From the IMG/VR virus record IMGVR_UViG_3300020042_011598, positions 1 to 43,666 of that record: DNA of 43,666 nucleotides. One strand, given 5' to 3'. A program made the position numbers and the translations under genes. This stretch comes from a virus (taxonomy: Duplodnaviria; Caudoviricetes). Below the pieces are notes generated by a model, which saw only the letters and a program-made list of their open reading frames with translations, ran no database searches and had not been told where the DNA came from. Positions within the stretch are counted from its first letter, which is position 1. Each line of letters begins with the position of its first letter. Shown here in pieces: positions 12,001 through 18,264 of the stretch.

Positions 12001-14291
12001 CGAAACTGAACAATTGGTCGTTTGGCACGGTAGTTGTTGTCAAATACCGCAATGGTCTTGTTGTAGGCTGCTGTAGCATTGATAACATCAACGTGGAACC
12101 AGCGGTTGCTTCGTGTCCATGCATTTAGATCCTTGCTGGCACGATCAATTGTGAGATAATCTAAGTTATCAGGTTCTACGAGTGCTGTACCAGCGTCTGC
12201 ATCTTGAACATAAAGCTCAGGTGTAACAAAGTCTGTGACTGGTAAAAGTTCAATTGCTGTACCTACCCCAGACACATAGTATTCTCGATTGCTGATGGCA
12301 ATACTGCTCATGGTGCCTGTGCCGCTGGCAAGAGTCACAGCCGTGCTACCGTACTGAATTGCACTCACCGTAAACTTTGTGCCGTTGGCAGCAATTGACC
12401 GCACATAATAGGTGGTACCTGCATTCAGTCCACCAAGTGTGGGGCTCACAAAAACCACAGCCTGACCAACATATAGATCAGTGCTTGACGGGCTGGTAAT
12501 ATAGTTGGTTCCTGCTTCAGTTTGAGTACAGGTGAATGTAGTTGTACCAGAGGCGTAACTGGTTGGAACAACATCACCAGTAAATCTTACTTTGAGACCG
12601 TTGGTAAATTTAACACCATTTGGTGAAGTGTAATCTTTACGGCCAATAATTTCATCTACATCTATGGTGTTGCTGCTGGTTTGATCTAGAAGTTTAATTT
12701 CTCCAAATATTTCTGGATCAGTACCATCTTGATAGTACAAGGTATTTTGTACTGCACTTAACAAGGGTATTTGTTGGAATTCACCTGTAGAATCCTTGTA
12801 CCACTGCGTACTACTGTAGGTAGTACCATTGGAGATTGTGAATTTTTGCAAGGGAGCAATGTCAGCAATCTTGTTCAGTTGAATATAGGTTACTCCAGCA
12901 ATATCCACATAGGTGATTTGATATTTTTGATATCGTTGATCTGGAGCAATGTCTATGGTAAGATCAAATGGTATGCTGTCATAGCTGCCGTTTAAGCTGT
13001 TGTTGGCAGGGTCTTGAACCAAGGGATCAAAGAAACTGGTGCGATACCATCCACCATCTTGTGCGTCCACAACTGGACTTGTGAAGATAATAGTACGGCT
13101 GTTGAGGTTGGTGTTGCCGTCGATGCCGCCATAGGTGGCTATAAATTCATTCACTGGCTGATTGTTGATTTGTGCAAACTGCATGTCAGTCAGCAGGTCA
13201 ACGGTACCAATGTTGGTAAGATTGTAGTAGAAATCTTGGGCTGTTTTTAGAGGCACGTTGAACACCACAGTTCCAAGATCTTCACCGTTGTTGACCACGC
13301 CTAGCACATCTCTTGAACTGATGTTGGGGGTAGATGTTACTGCGCCCGAAACACCGGGTGTTGACTGAATCCAGAATCCTGGACCTGTACCTGGCGTAGA
13401 ATTGACAATATTCAATGTGCCTTGCATCAACACTTGATTTTCTGAAGCATAGTACAGAGTATCTGGGGCGTCTTGCGGCACGGTAAATGTGACCAAGCCA
13501 GTTGTGGCACCGTTGCGAGTCACTCCTGAGCTGTATAGTTCGCCAAGGCCTGTAACAGGTTCAGTCTTGATATAGAATGGAAATACACCATTCAAGGTCA
13601 AGTTGAATACGTAGGTGTTGCCACGAGCAAGAGTCAGGGTGGGATTGTTTTGAAAATCAATCACATAAGCACCAACACCAGAATTACGAACTCGATAGTT
13701 TACAGTTTCCTTGGCATTTTGTGACACTTGAAAAGTGTAGCTGCCGCCACGTACCAGTTGAATAATTGGATCTGTGCCAGTAATTCCAGAAAAGTTGTAA
13801 ACACCATTTTCTCTTGTGACTACAAAATTATCAGTGATTGGAATGCCAACAGACGCAACATCAACTGCCGCAGGGCCTGCCGGAACCCAAAAATATTGAC
13901 TAAAGTTTACGAATGCATCAAAGTCAACAAACGGATCCCAGGTATAGTATTCGCTTGAATACAGTCTATCAGGGCGCGATCCTGCGCCGCCCTGAAAGGT
14001 CACAGCATCATTGAGACCTGGATATGTTATGACATCCTTGATTGTGTCTGTGTCTGGCTCCAGACTCACAACACCGGGCTCTAACTGATAGTCAGCTCTG
14101 GTTGTAGTTGGCTCAATTACATATCGGTCGTTGGGATTGACACCTGGACCTACTGTGCGGCCAATAAACCCTTGTGTTTTTTTAAAGTTGGGCTCTTGAA
14201 TCAGTTGATCAAGGGTAGCTGCCAGGAACTGCTTGTTGGCGTCAGTTTGAAATATTTCAGGAAGAAAATCTACACTACGAACATTAGCCAT
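1..14291 (-). CDS. Giant virion/baseplate structural protein (>4,763 aa, truncated at the left window edge); positional equivalent of T4 gp7 with adhesin-like modules
   Basis: ATG at 14291 overlaps the gp6 stop (TAATG). It begins MANVRSVDFLPEIFQTDANKQFLAATLDQLIQEP. The same frame still reads as protein at the window start (...VIAVTTWNDTAQQNALSLVFVGPIFT). It is missing from the ORF track, consistent with no stop codon inside the window. It contains seven FG-GAP-like repeats and other repeated beta-rich modules. Confidence 0.92.
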   Translation of the reverse strand, partial: MANVRSVDFLPEIFQTDANKQFLAATLDQLIQEPNFKKTQGFIGRTVGPGVNPNDRYVIEPTTTRADYQLEPGVVSLEPDTDTIKDVITYPGLNDAVTFQGGAGSRPDRLYSSEYYTWDPFVDFDAFVNFSQYFWVPAGPAAVDVASVGIPITDNFVVTRENGVYNFSGITGTDPIIQLVRGGSYTFQVSQNAKETVNYRVRNSGVGAYVIDFQNNPTLTLARGNTYVFNLTLNGVFPFYIKTEPVTGLGELYSSGVTRNGATTGLVTFTVPQDAPDTLYYASENQVLMQGTLNIVNSTPGTGPGFWIQSTPGVSGAVTSTPNISSRDVLGVVNNGEDLGTVVFNVPLKTAQDFYYNLTNIGTVDLLTDMQFAQINNQPVNEFIATYGGIDGNTNLNSRTIIFTSPVVDAQDGGWYRTSFFDPLVQDPANNSLNGSYDSIPFDLTIDIAPDQRYQKYQITYVDIAGVTYIQLNKIADIAPLQKFTISNGTTYSSTQWYKDSTGEFQQIPLLSAVQNTLYYQDGTDPEIFGEIKLLDQTSSNTIDVDEIIGRKDYTSPNGVKFTNGLKVRFTGDVVPTSYASGTTTFTCTQTEAGTNYITSPSSTDLYVGQAVVFVSPTLGGLNAGTTYYVRSIAANGTKFTVSAIQYGSTAVTLASGTGTMSSIAISNREYYVSGVGTAIELLPVTDFVTPELYVQDADAGTALVEPDNLDYLTIDRASKDLNAWTRSNRWFHVDVINATAAYNKTIAVFDNNYRAKRPIVQFRPGIRLWNMGTQGKAPVDIFDFEETDAFSNIEGSTSYSVDGYTFVEGTRVIFAADQDSAVRDKIYVVSFVTPDTVPPLIPEPIIVLTLAQDGDVLLDQAVVCISGTTLAGLTFWYDGAVWTQAQQKIAVQQAPLYNIYDVDGVSFGDGVKYQSTTFSGSKLFSYAVGNTSVLDPVLQFPLQYLNINNVGDIVFDNNLYLDTFLYVVDNVSVTNDISSGSAREYDSRLTYNKLIGWKTAAVEQQIYQQFKFSYAATTLKLDVEPIVQTSIAVPVIKIYVGSIFQDPSTYSYVTTADSTTITLLGTYVLGDIIEVLVLSDQTSKVAFYQVPNNLESNPLNANSSSFTLGTIRTHYQSICENLTTLSGPVNGANNTRDLGDIVPYGLVILQQSAPLTLAGYFMRSPEYNIFASLQYNSREYIKFKAQLLDAVLSQNIGFDTTAQVLDTAMQSVTLGKLDNQPFYWSDMLPAGVITDSNAYTVSFITTQVFDTVQVYNYTSANYLGLLVYLNDQLLTRGVDYTVAIDGPRITILSTLTIGDVVTINEYSATYGSFVPNTPTKLGLYPAWKPAVIPQVTSNGTSNFVLGHDGSTTPVFGDIRDAVLLEFETRIYNNLKLDGNPVPLVVEDVLPGQFRSTGYSFEEINTIFASDFLSYCGWNRLDYGQQNYRANNELTWNYSRAQSRLDKQNLLGAWRGIYRYYYDTQQPSLTPWEMLGISVEPTWWQDTYGPAPYTSDNLVLWDDLAAGYVADPITPYFKPEFARAASLVAGPKREGIWFEKYGSGPYPSMLPVIPTGSEGELLSPLNSVVGALPPNYNPATEFVKSWTLGDGGPVEASWWNSSSYPFSVMHMLAVTRPAKFFALFADRDLYRYNEDYQQYLYNDRYRLDANGVEVYGDGVSKASYINWLVDYNRQTGVDSTKLLTADLKSLDVRLCYRMASFSDKQYIKLFTEKSSPNSTNTALMIPDESYDILLYKNQPFDQIIYSSVAVQKVTGGYAVFGYGNAQPYFKVLQSYPNGKLQTYSSGGITVRVPTFYTDTVTQVPYGFVFSNETSVADFLLSYGKLLEQQGLAFDNMANGYVLDWPRMVNEFLYWSQQGWDTDAIININPLASKLSVTKAQAVVDSIRTETTENLLLDQNSRELPTRTLNVVRLGNSFSIEPLSTQSISFINMRFTNYEHMIVLSNQSVFGDLIYDPTTGARQSRLNLVAVTSGDWNGSVDAPGFILNQDNVEEWTGLRVYTKGQIVKYKNVYWSALKIVQPSETFDFDVWTQSDYTQTELGLLPNLANKANQLANSYDINAANIETDNDLLSYGLIGFHPRQYMAALNLDDVSQVNVYRQFLGSKGTILSAELFKQANLGKEAADYDIYENWAVQRAVYGANANRSFFELRLNRALLDANPSLVQVVVPQQVSEADQQILLSDVWRQSYKLTSTDILPTTTTLPTDIGLPTAGYVNLDDADITVFDIVDSASLSANIDSIKVGTSVWVAKINNYDWNIYRAQAVPGIIQHVCDNLDGTSRVIFSTQHGLAAGDKLIIKFFDIEINGVYQVLSVANLTTVNIAFAFTGDRVVANGTGLGFTLKTMRVAQASDVLNLPYANNILPGAKVWVDDNGDGLWQVLQKNSVFSDVVELNPVLLDAGEQYGVSIAQAQNRLAALVGSPKYGFGSGTETGAVYVYVKNYGDQYSPVSPISSGDGILTLDVPGVRGYGNAVDFGNQTWAAAGASKSLGAGSQANNGYVSVIYRDPALGQPGVIPYAQWQLLTQPSGYGTLLTGAGEFGYSVVVSLDERWMYIGAPGLNSVHAYGRVDWENQSIKTTADGATTVYNINSKIQVNNNSQLKVTFNGQIQTYGATYTIVNNFSEVRLTTPPGVFTATAIVPGEIYTILTVGDTNYTLIGAASNTIGVEFVATAAGTGTGTVLASVLIEFARYNSFQIPYNDATFNLANDTDASGNSVGLFTVDSIYSFSIKVNEDLWRPNIDYTFSGTTVTFITARISTDVVVAFAGSYFEYVDTIDTASVTGGLTAGDRFGQSVSCSTDGRQVMIGAPYRTIDALAEAGTVYVFDRNVQRFIYGTDTSSITFTVLGGTPTGPVSVIVNNQFLINQTDSVINAANSFTIAGDVVTINADLQIGDIIEIETNQFQQLQQVDQQTVADFSNFGQALDLCANNCSLYIGEPQSSVQIYKGGVVERFVNQSKIYGTITNTVANANLTSGNTIRINDMDVVVPAAWSNSVTYDKNTVVYNAVTTTTTIYVAAQAVPVSTLITNTAYWTVVSTTTVAASVEVRALAAQINVTVPNVLATVDATGYLTIGVKNSAAAAALDKVTVAPGTVGTTFTTLGFDTYAWTQTILSPYPVEFSGFGSSVGIDNSAINLVVGAPTGSLYLETVFDDGTTIFDAGSTVFFTVITQSGAVYTYDYLPSSTSNINNPGKFVFGDQITNSNVQPLDGFGTAVNYTSGVLMVGAPKNDSGDSTADFGAVFVFENPTRALAWTVLEQQQPVVDVRLLNSVFLYDRVTRATSEFLDFINPLQGKILGAARQNIDYIGAIDPAAYNVGPTNIRGTTWNTDHVGEIWWDISSVRFIDPNQDSIVYASRRWSQLFPGSVVDVYQWIVSPVAPANYTGEGTPLSSLSYTVNTRLTKDGTFATEYYFWVRGITTTSTKINKTLPASTVASYIADPKASGIPFMAPINASTIALYNSGDYIEASDTVISIEFDRELTNDNVHTEYELIAQDRANGFLSDNLYRKLQDSFCGVDTFGNQVPDPNLGPAEQYGVQFRPRQSMFTDRFEALRNYLTHANTVLAQYPITESRSFNLLNSSEPEPTANSGLWNLRVANLEILGFQNIYTVALGYKYLVVTDSDNRGLWTIYTVTTSDTTPGVRELILTRVQGYNTADYWSYINWYRPGYNSSTKIITQVVTYSALGAINVPVGSSVKVTANAQGKWEIYLLTDLGYERVGLQDGTIAFSSELWDYAVGRFGFDIEVFDAQYYDQEPVTETRKIIQAINQELFVDDLALERNRALVLMFNFVLSEFAAPEWLVKTSLIDVDHRIRQLLPYQNYVRDNQEFVSDYIQEVKPYHVQVREFNLKYTGFDSSQGDLTDFDVPAYYDTTLEIPKYISPVLLPYNAGTAFNSTINSASDASAASTIWNNWPYSQWYNNHWLSIESARMVNQGSGYTTTPTVIFGTEWTASTAIISGQQIFYVDNLYTVTANGTTGTIAPLFTSGSQTDGTATLSYAGVAATGIAVINSLGQVVAVEMIRKGSGYRAAPAITITGGNGTGAEYYAVVNGQGSGQVYNASAVPTTVESYTLARSFRTVMRYDRFQYFSDVRDWNTNGTYQDGELVRYVDRVWQAASSTSTAVVGPTFNLEDWVEVNAATFNYGTGPYGLTGVDRTMGLYVPGVNQPGLELPLLIDGVGYPGVQVYGDYFLRDPLAVDADYTSEFTDLTLGTLPTSINADGGQFIGLYEGHAPEELVNGAEFDTLDMRVYTRPGADWNRDGHGFQLTSIRYTYEAAVTDVYSWAGVVEHPVQILVSNQTTGLDLTSGIDYSVEWEDQTITLLTVADGDGINISVYELGGGNQLYRANYTGSTTGQTVVIPVNSAEINILAVLVDGEAISGVTWEPYIDSANWNILDTYDKLDVVNVQLLTTGSISGTTLYITALTSGYIAAGQYILGNLVESGTSVVSQITPLLSGETLGGIGRYTVNISQTVPSTAITGSEYYRAIQAVPQGVAITDVVYWLLFVPTLESQVDFGYSPVPGSGISLTALGLTTVLAGYFVIGQQYTISTVGTTNFVAVGAATNTVGTVFTATGIGSGTGKATTTYSWSTPQVQYFVVSSAQTTTKTFALTNNAGGTNPVNMIVTRNGLRLTPPEGIEWLGDDSSVSFGLPQRGGYQQNIINAPTDVVVWVDNILQVQSVGATVGSYSVTNWTGSNTPGRQVVFTSPPASGSRILITVNTQANFDVVGQSLQIISALNVNDVIAVTTWNDTAQQNALSLVFVGPIFT
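4618..7090 (-). repeat. Seven dispersed FG-GAP-like repeats within the giant protein
   Basis: Translated: YGVSIAQAQNRLAALVGSP, YGNAVDFGNQTWAAAGA, FGYSVVVSLDERWMYIGAP, FGQSVSCSTDGRQVMIGAP, FGQALDLCANNCSLYIGEP, FGSSVGIDNSAINLVVGAP, FGTAVNYTSGVLMVGAP. Confidence 0.8.
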
Positions 14292-17200
14292 TAAATTACT
14301 CCGCTACCAGGGGCAGTACGCAGATTGGTACTGGTAAGTGCTTCAATCACATCAACATTGTTGATGGTTGCGCCATTGACAAATATTTCGTTGGGGGCTG
14401 AACGTATTTCGTACAGGTCACCAAAGTATTTTTGTGTGTCAAGCGGTACCAAGACCACTGAGCTAACTATTGTTCCAAGTGTTCTATGCAAGTATGCCGC
14501 CAATTCTGAGAAGTAAAAAGTATCGCCAAAGTTCCATTTGTCAATGGAAAAATATGTGTTCATGGCTGCTACCACTGCGCTTTTGATTTCGCTAGTGCTG
14601 GCCGTGCTGTTGGATGCACGTATGACCTTGATAGTGGCTCGCAGATTGGACGCGGCTTTTTCACCAAACAAGGGTTTGAACACCACTGAATTCAACACAA
14701 TGTTGTCGCTCAACATTTTGTAATCTTGTAGTTTTTGATATGCTGTTGACAGTTCGTCGATGCTGGGCACATCTGGCTCAATCACTGTGCCTGTGGTGTC
14801 ACGAATCCAGTTCTGGTATGCTGTGTAGTATGCCAGAGTCACCACATACAAGTCAATGATATTGGTTGTGCCTGGATCAATTCTGCTGGTCAGTGGACTG
14901 TTGTGACGGTATTGATAATACAAATCTTGACGCCCTGTTCTAACCGTCCATTCATCTGACACGTTGACAAGTGTTCGCAATCCTGTGGTGCCGATGCTGA
15001 GTTGATAGAAGGCCTGATCAGTATAGGCGTAGAATATTTGTCCCGGACTCCAGGCCAATTTGACCAATTCAATATCGTCCAAGGTGGCATAGTCACTGGT
15101 CACACGACCAGATTCTACCAGCAGGTATCTTTGTAGATTGTCAAAGTCCACGGTCTGCTGTAGGTATATGTATTTTTGAGTGCTGTCTACTGTGGGTGCC
15201 ACAATCTCAGAGAAAAAGTCTGGGTTATCTGGCACACCATCGTTGTCGCTGTCACGGAATCCTACCAGGACCTGGAAGTCATCAACATAGCCGTCACTCT
15301 CAACTGGTTGTCCAGTTATGGTCATGAAGATGTCGCCAGGCAAATGATCAGTAGAATCAGGTTGTGTGTTTACTGCCAGGCAGTTGATGTAGTCTTTGAT
15401 CACAGTGCCTGATCGACTGTCGTACACCTGTGCGCCATCATAGAAGAAGAAACGAGTTTGCAGTACTGATCCAAAGTAGTAGGCCAGTCCACGGAACGTG
15501 ATTGTGTAGTTTTGATTTTGCACCACAAACTTCACCAACCAAGATGAGTCTGAATTTATGCCATTAGTATTTCCTGCATTACCGTTTTGAGGAGAGTTTG
15601 CCGCTGGGCTTTCAGGAATTTGTGCCCACGTTGCGTTGTCTCCATTAGACTGTGTGCTGTATAAGTTTGTGCTAGTGATTAGATACCACGAATATGGGGT
15701 ACCTGTGATATCTCCGTTGTTGTCATAGCCAATACCAAAGTTGCGATTCAACAAAATTTGTTCAGCTATGGCCTGCTCCAGGCTGAATGGCAGGTCTGTC
15801 ACAAACAACGGAATAATAGTGTCTACCAGTGCGCCCGAAGGTACAAAATTGTTGAGTGCAACTGGTCCTGAACCAGAACTCAAGTTGCCCAGGCCGTTGT
15901 TGTAGCCGTCGCCTTGTATGCTCAATGGACTGGCCCAGATTTCCAGTGTTTCGTCAGCGCGACTTGGTGTGCCCTGTTGCAACTTGTTGTTGCTGTCAAA
16001 GTAATAACCTGATGGTGCAACAAATTTGATCAAGCTGCCCACAGCCACATATTTGAATGCTGTGGTGGTTGTGGAGCCAACTGGAATTGGTGTTCCGTTG
16101 GGCCAGGTGGCTGATGTTATTGCGTTTCTAAAATAACCTGTGGTCTCATTGGCCAGTGTGGTGCTCTGATTCCAGGTGGCACCGGTGACCCAGGTGGTTG
16201 CTCCGTATGTGGGCAGGGTGGTTGCGGTGACTCTGGGAAAGTTCTCATAGTAAAACTGCCGCATGGTGGTTTCACCAATGCCGGGCTGTACCTGGTTGGT
16301 AACCACATCTGCAATTTCATTTCTGTTGGTATAGGCAAACAAGATGGTGGGCAGAATATTCTGTTCCCATAGTCCACCGTCGCTGCCAAAGGTATTGGTA
16401 CTGGAATATTTTCCTGTGTTATCTACTAGATCAAGATAACGACTGGTACCAATTGACGCACGGTTCAGAGCCTTGCTTTTCACAATTGAATTGTATTGTG
16501 TGTAAGGAAACAGGTTGTAGTCCTCACCGTTGACCATGCGGTCTTGTGTGTAGTATCTAGCAGGCGCACGTTGCTTGATAGCATCAATGCTTTCACGTGC
16601 CTGACTGTTGCTGACAGGTCTTGTGATACCACAAGTAAATGTCATGGTCTCAAGGTTGCCGTCACGACTGATATAACTGATGGGAACAGTCACAGCCTGC
16701 ATTTCTTCAGGGTTGATAATGTATTGCAAGCCGTTGGATGCACGAACATATGCACGATATGTCCCCACTGGAATTTCTGAGAACACACCGTCACCAAACA
16801 CCATGGTGATTTGGTCATTGGTTCTGGATGTCACTGTGTAGATTGGGCGCAGTGAGGTGCCCACTTGTTCTGCGGCAGCGGCATAGATGTTTTCGGTATA
16901 GGCCCATTCACGACTCACACTGCCCACGTTGTCCAACTGGAACAACCAACGGTCTTCGTTGTTGACGCCCTCAATGTTGATGTTTACTGTGCGATTTGAT
17001 ACTTTTTCAGCCAGGTTGAAGTCTTGGTTTTGCAGCACGCCTTGCTTGAACATAAAGAAGTAGCCAGTATTGGCTGACTGGAATCCCAGTTGATCATTGC
17101 GGAACAAGATGTTGAATGGTTGGTTGGCTCTTGGTGGAGGCTCATATAGATATGTGGCACCCACAGATGTTGAGCTCATGGCCTCAAAAGGCATGGTAAC

Positions 17201-17821
17201 ACCATCAACCACAGCGGTGTAAGGCACTATGGGCAAGAATCCTGGCACCAGGTTAACTGCATATTCATCTGTGCGCACACCCAGAATAGTCTGGCGGTTG
17301 CCTGGACGGCCCACACGCTGAGTGTCTACTAGGCTGCTGTTGATGATTGTGGTGAACTGTTCTTGCCAGTCAGGATTGGTTGGATCAGACCAGTTCACAG
17401 TGATGTTGGAAAGATTTACACCTTGATAGTCCACAACATTTTCTGTTGTGGTTACTGAGAATACCTTGAGTAGGCCTTGTGCTGCTATGTTGCGCTTGGC
17501 GGTGTAGCTTACTAGATTGGCCAGACGAGTGACACTGTCTCTGCGTTCAGCAGTGTCCATGTAATTTTCACGAGTGTTTAGGTCGGTACGGAAAGCAAGA
17601 GCCTGTCCCATGAACGCAATAACGTCCAGCAGGGCAATGTATTCTGAACTTTCAATGTAGTCATTGAATGTTTCTGGATAGTACAAGCGCAAGTAATCAA
17701 CAAAACTCTTGCGAAGAGTTTCAAAGTCATAGCTCTGGAAGTCTGCTTCGCGATAGGTTTGATAGATCTGTTTCCAGTCCTCAACACCAAATATCGCTGT
17801 TTGTCTAGTTGTTTTTGCCAT
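14291..17821 (-). CDS. gp6: Baseplate wedge subunit, T4 gp6 / baseplate J-like (1176 aa)
   Basis: The N-terminal DFETLRKSFVDYL...NDYIESSEYIALLDVIAF...ENYMDTAERRDSV..LA..VSY, the FGDG motif and ESIDAIKQRAP..Y.TQDRMV..EDY are typical of gp6. It follows gp25. Confidence 0.9.
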   Translation of the reverse strand: MAKTTRQTAIFGVEDWKQIYQTYREADFQSYDFETLRKSFVDYLRLYYPETFNDYIESSEYIALLDVIAFMGQALAFRTDLNTRENYMDTAERRDSVTRLANLVSYTAKRNIAAQGLLKVFSVTTTENVVDYQGVNLSNITVNWSDPTNPDWQEQFTTIINSSLVDTQRVGRPGNRQTILGVRTDEYAVNLVPGFLPIVPYTAVVDGVTMPFEAMSSTSVGATYLYEPPPRANQPFNILFRNDQLGFQSANTGYFFMFKQGVLQNQDFNLAEKVSNRTVNINIEGVNNEDRWLFQLDNVGSVSREWAYTENIYAAAAEQVGTSLRPIYTVTSRTNDQITMVFGDGVFSEIPVGTYRAYVRASNGLQYIINPEEMQAVTVPISYISRDGNLETMTFTCGITRPVSNSQARESIDAIKQRAPARYYTQDRMVNGEDYNLFPYTQYNSIVKSKALNRASIGTSRYLDLVDNTGKYSSTNTFGSDGGLWEQNILPTILFAYTNRNEIADVVTNQVQPGIGETTMRQFYYENFPRVTATTLPTYGATTWVTGATWNQSTTLANETTGYFRNAITSATWPNGTPIPVGSTTTTAFKYVAVGSLIKFVAPSGYYFDSNNKLQQGTPSRADETLEIWASPLSIQGDGYNNGLGNLSSGSGPVALNNFVPSGALVDTIIPLFVTDLPFSLEQAIAEQILLNRNFGIGYDNNGDITGTPYSWYLITSTNLYSTQSNGDNATWAQIPESPAANSPQNGNAGNTNGINSDSSWLVKFVVQNQNYTITFRGLAYYFGSVLQTRFFFYDGAQVYDSRSGTVIKDYINCLAVNTQPDSTDHLPGDIFMTITGQPVESDGYVDDFQVLVGFRDSDNDGVPDNPDFFSEIVAPTVDSTQKYIYLQQTVDFDNLQRYLLVESGRVTSDYATLDDIELVKLAWSPGQIFYAYTDQAFYQLSIGTTGLRTLVNVSDEWTVRTGRQDLYYQYRHNSPLTSRIDPGTTNIIDLYVVTLAYYTAYQNWIRDTTGTVIEPDVPSIDELSTAYQKLQDYKMLSDNIVLNSVVFKPLFGEKAASNLRATIKVIRASNSTASTSEIKSAVVAAMNTYFSIDKWNFGDTFYFSELAAYLHRTLGTIVSSVVLVPLDTQKYFGDLYEIRSAPNEIFVNGATINNVDVIEALTSTNLRTAPGSGVI

Positions 17822-17842
17822 TCTTAATACGCCTCTATTGTT

Positions 17843-17872
17843 TATTTAGCGGCAACAAAAACGGCTTAGTTA
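17843..17872 (-). promoter_or_regulatory. Late promoter (TAAATA) with upstream element TAACTAAGCCGTT
   Basis: The minus strand reads TAACTAAGCCGTT-N11-TAAATA, ending 21 nt before the gp6 ATG. The same architecture occurs at 26612-26641. Confidence 0.7.
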
Positions 17873-18247
17873 TACATAGGAGGCGTTGCGCTGTTGCAGA
17901 TCAAAGAAAATACTCAGCCGCTCGGCATCGGTAGACGGGGTCACAGTGAGCTCTACCTGAATCAGGATACCATTTTCTTGTGGGAAGGTCACAACTTCGC
18001 TGATGAAAATTCTTGGGTCGCCGCCTGCCACACGTTGCACTTCTCGCTCTATTGCCTGCTGTGATGCTTCCACTTGATTTTCAAACAAAAAGTCCCAGAG
18101 CACTGTACCGTAACCTGGGCGGCCAGGTAACTGACCTTGACGTATGTTGAACGCATTCAGCAGGTCACGTTTGATCAGTTCAAAATCTGTAAGAGTAAAC
18201 TTTTTGTATTGCCCCTGAGTGTTGAAGCCAATGAATTTTTGTGCCAT
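17870..18247 (-). CDS. gp25: Baseplate wedge protein gp25-like (GPW/gp25 family)
   Basis: 125 aa with LTDFELIKRDLLNAFNIRQGQLPGRPGYGTVLWDFLFE...DPRI, matching the gp25 G-E/Q-x-P-x-x-P-x-Y/F-G...EPR pattern. It lies between the gp5 region and gp6. Confidence 0.9.
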   Translation of the reverse strand: MAQKFIGFNTQGQYKKFTLTDFELIKRDLLNAFNIRQGQLPGRPGYGTVLWDFLFENQVEASQQAIEREVQRVAGGDPRIFISEVVTFPQENGILIQVELTVTPSTDAERLSIFFDLQQRNASYV

Positions 18248-18251
18248 AGTG

Positions 18252-18257
18252 TATTTA
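18252..18257 (-). promoter_or_regulatory. Putative late promoter core TAAATA
   Basis: TAAATA lies 4 nt upstream of the gp25 ATG in a 17-bp intergenic gap. Confidence 0.55.
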
Positions 18258-18264
18258 CCGGTGC

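Noticed and set aside
64-13958. Dozens of short ORF-track ORFs on both strands
   Set aside because: They are shadows (antisense or alternative frame) of the single giant minus-strand gene and have no recognisable motifs.
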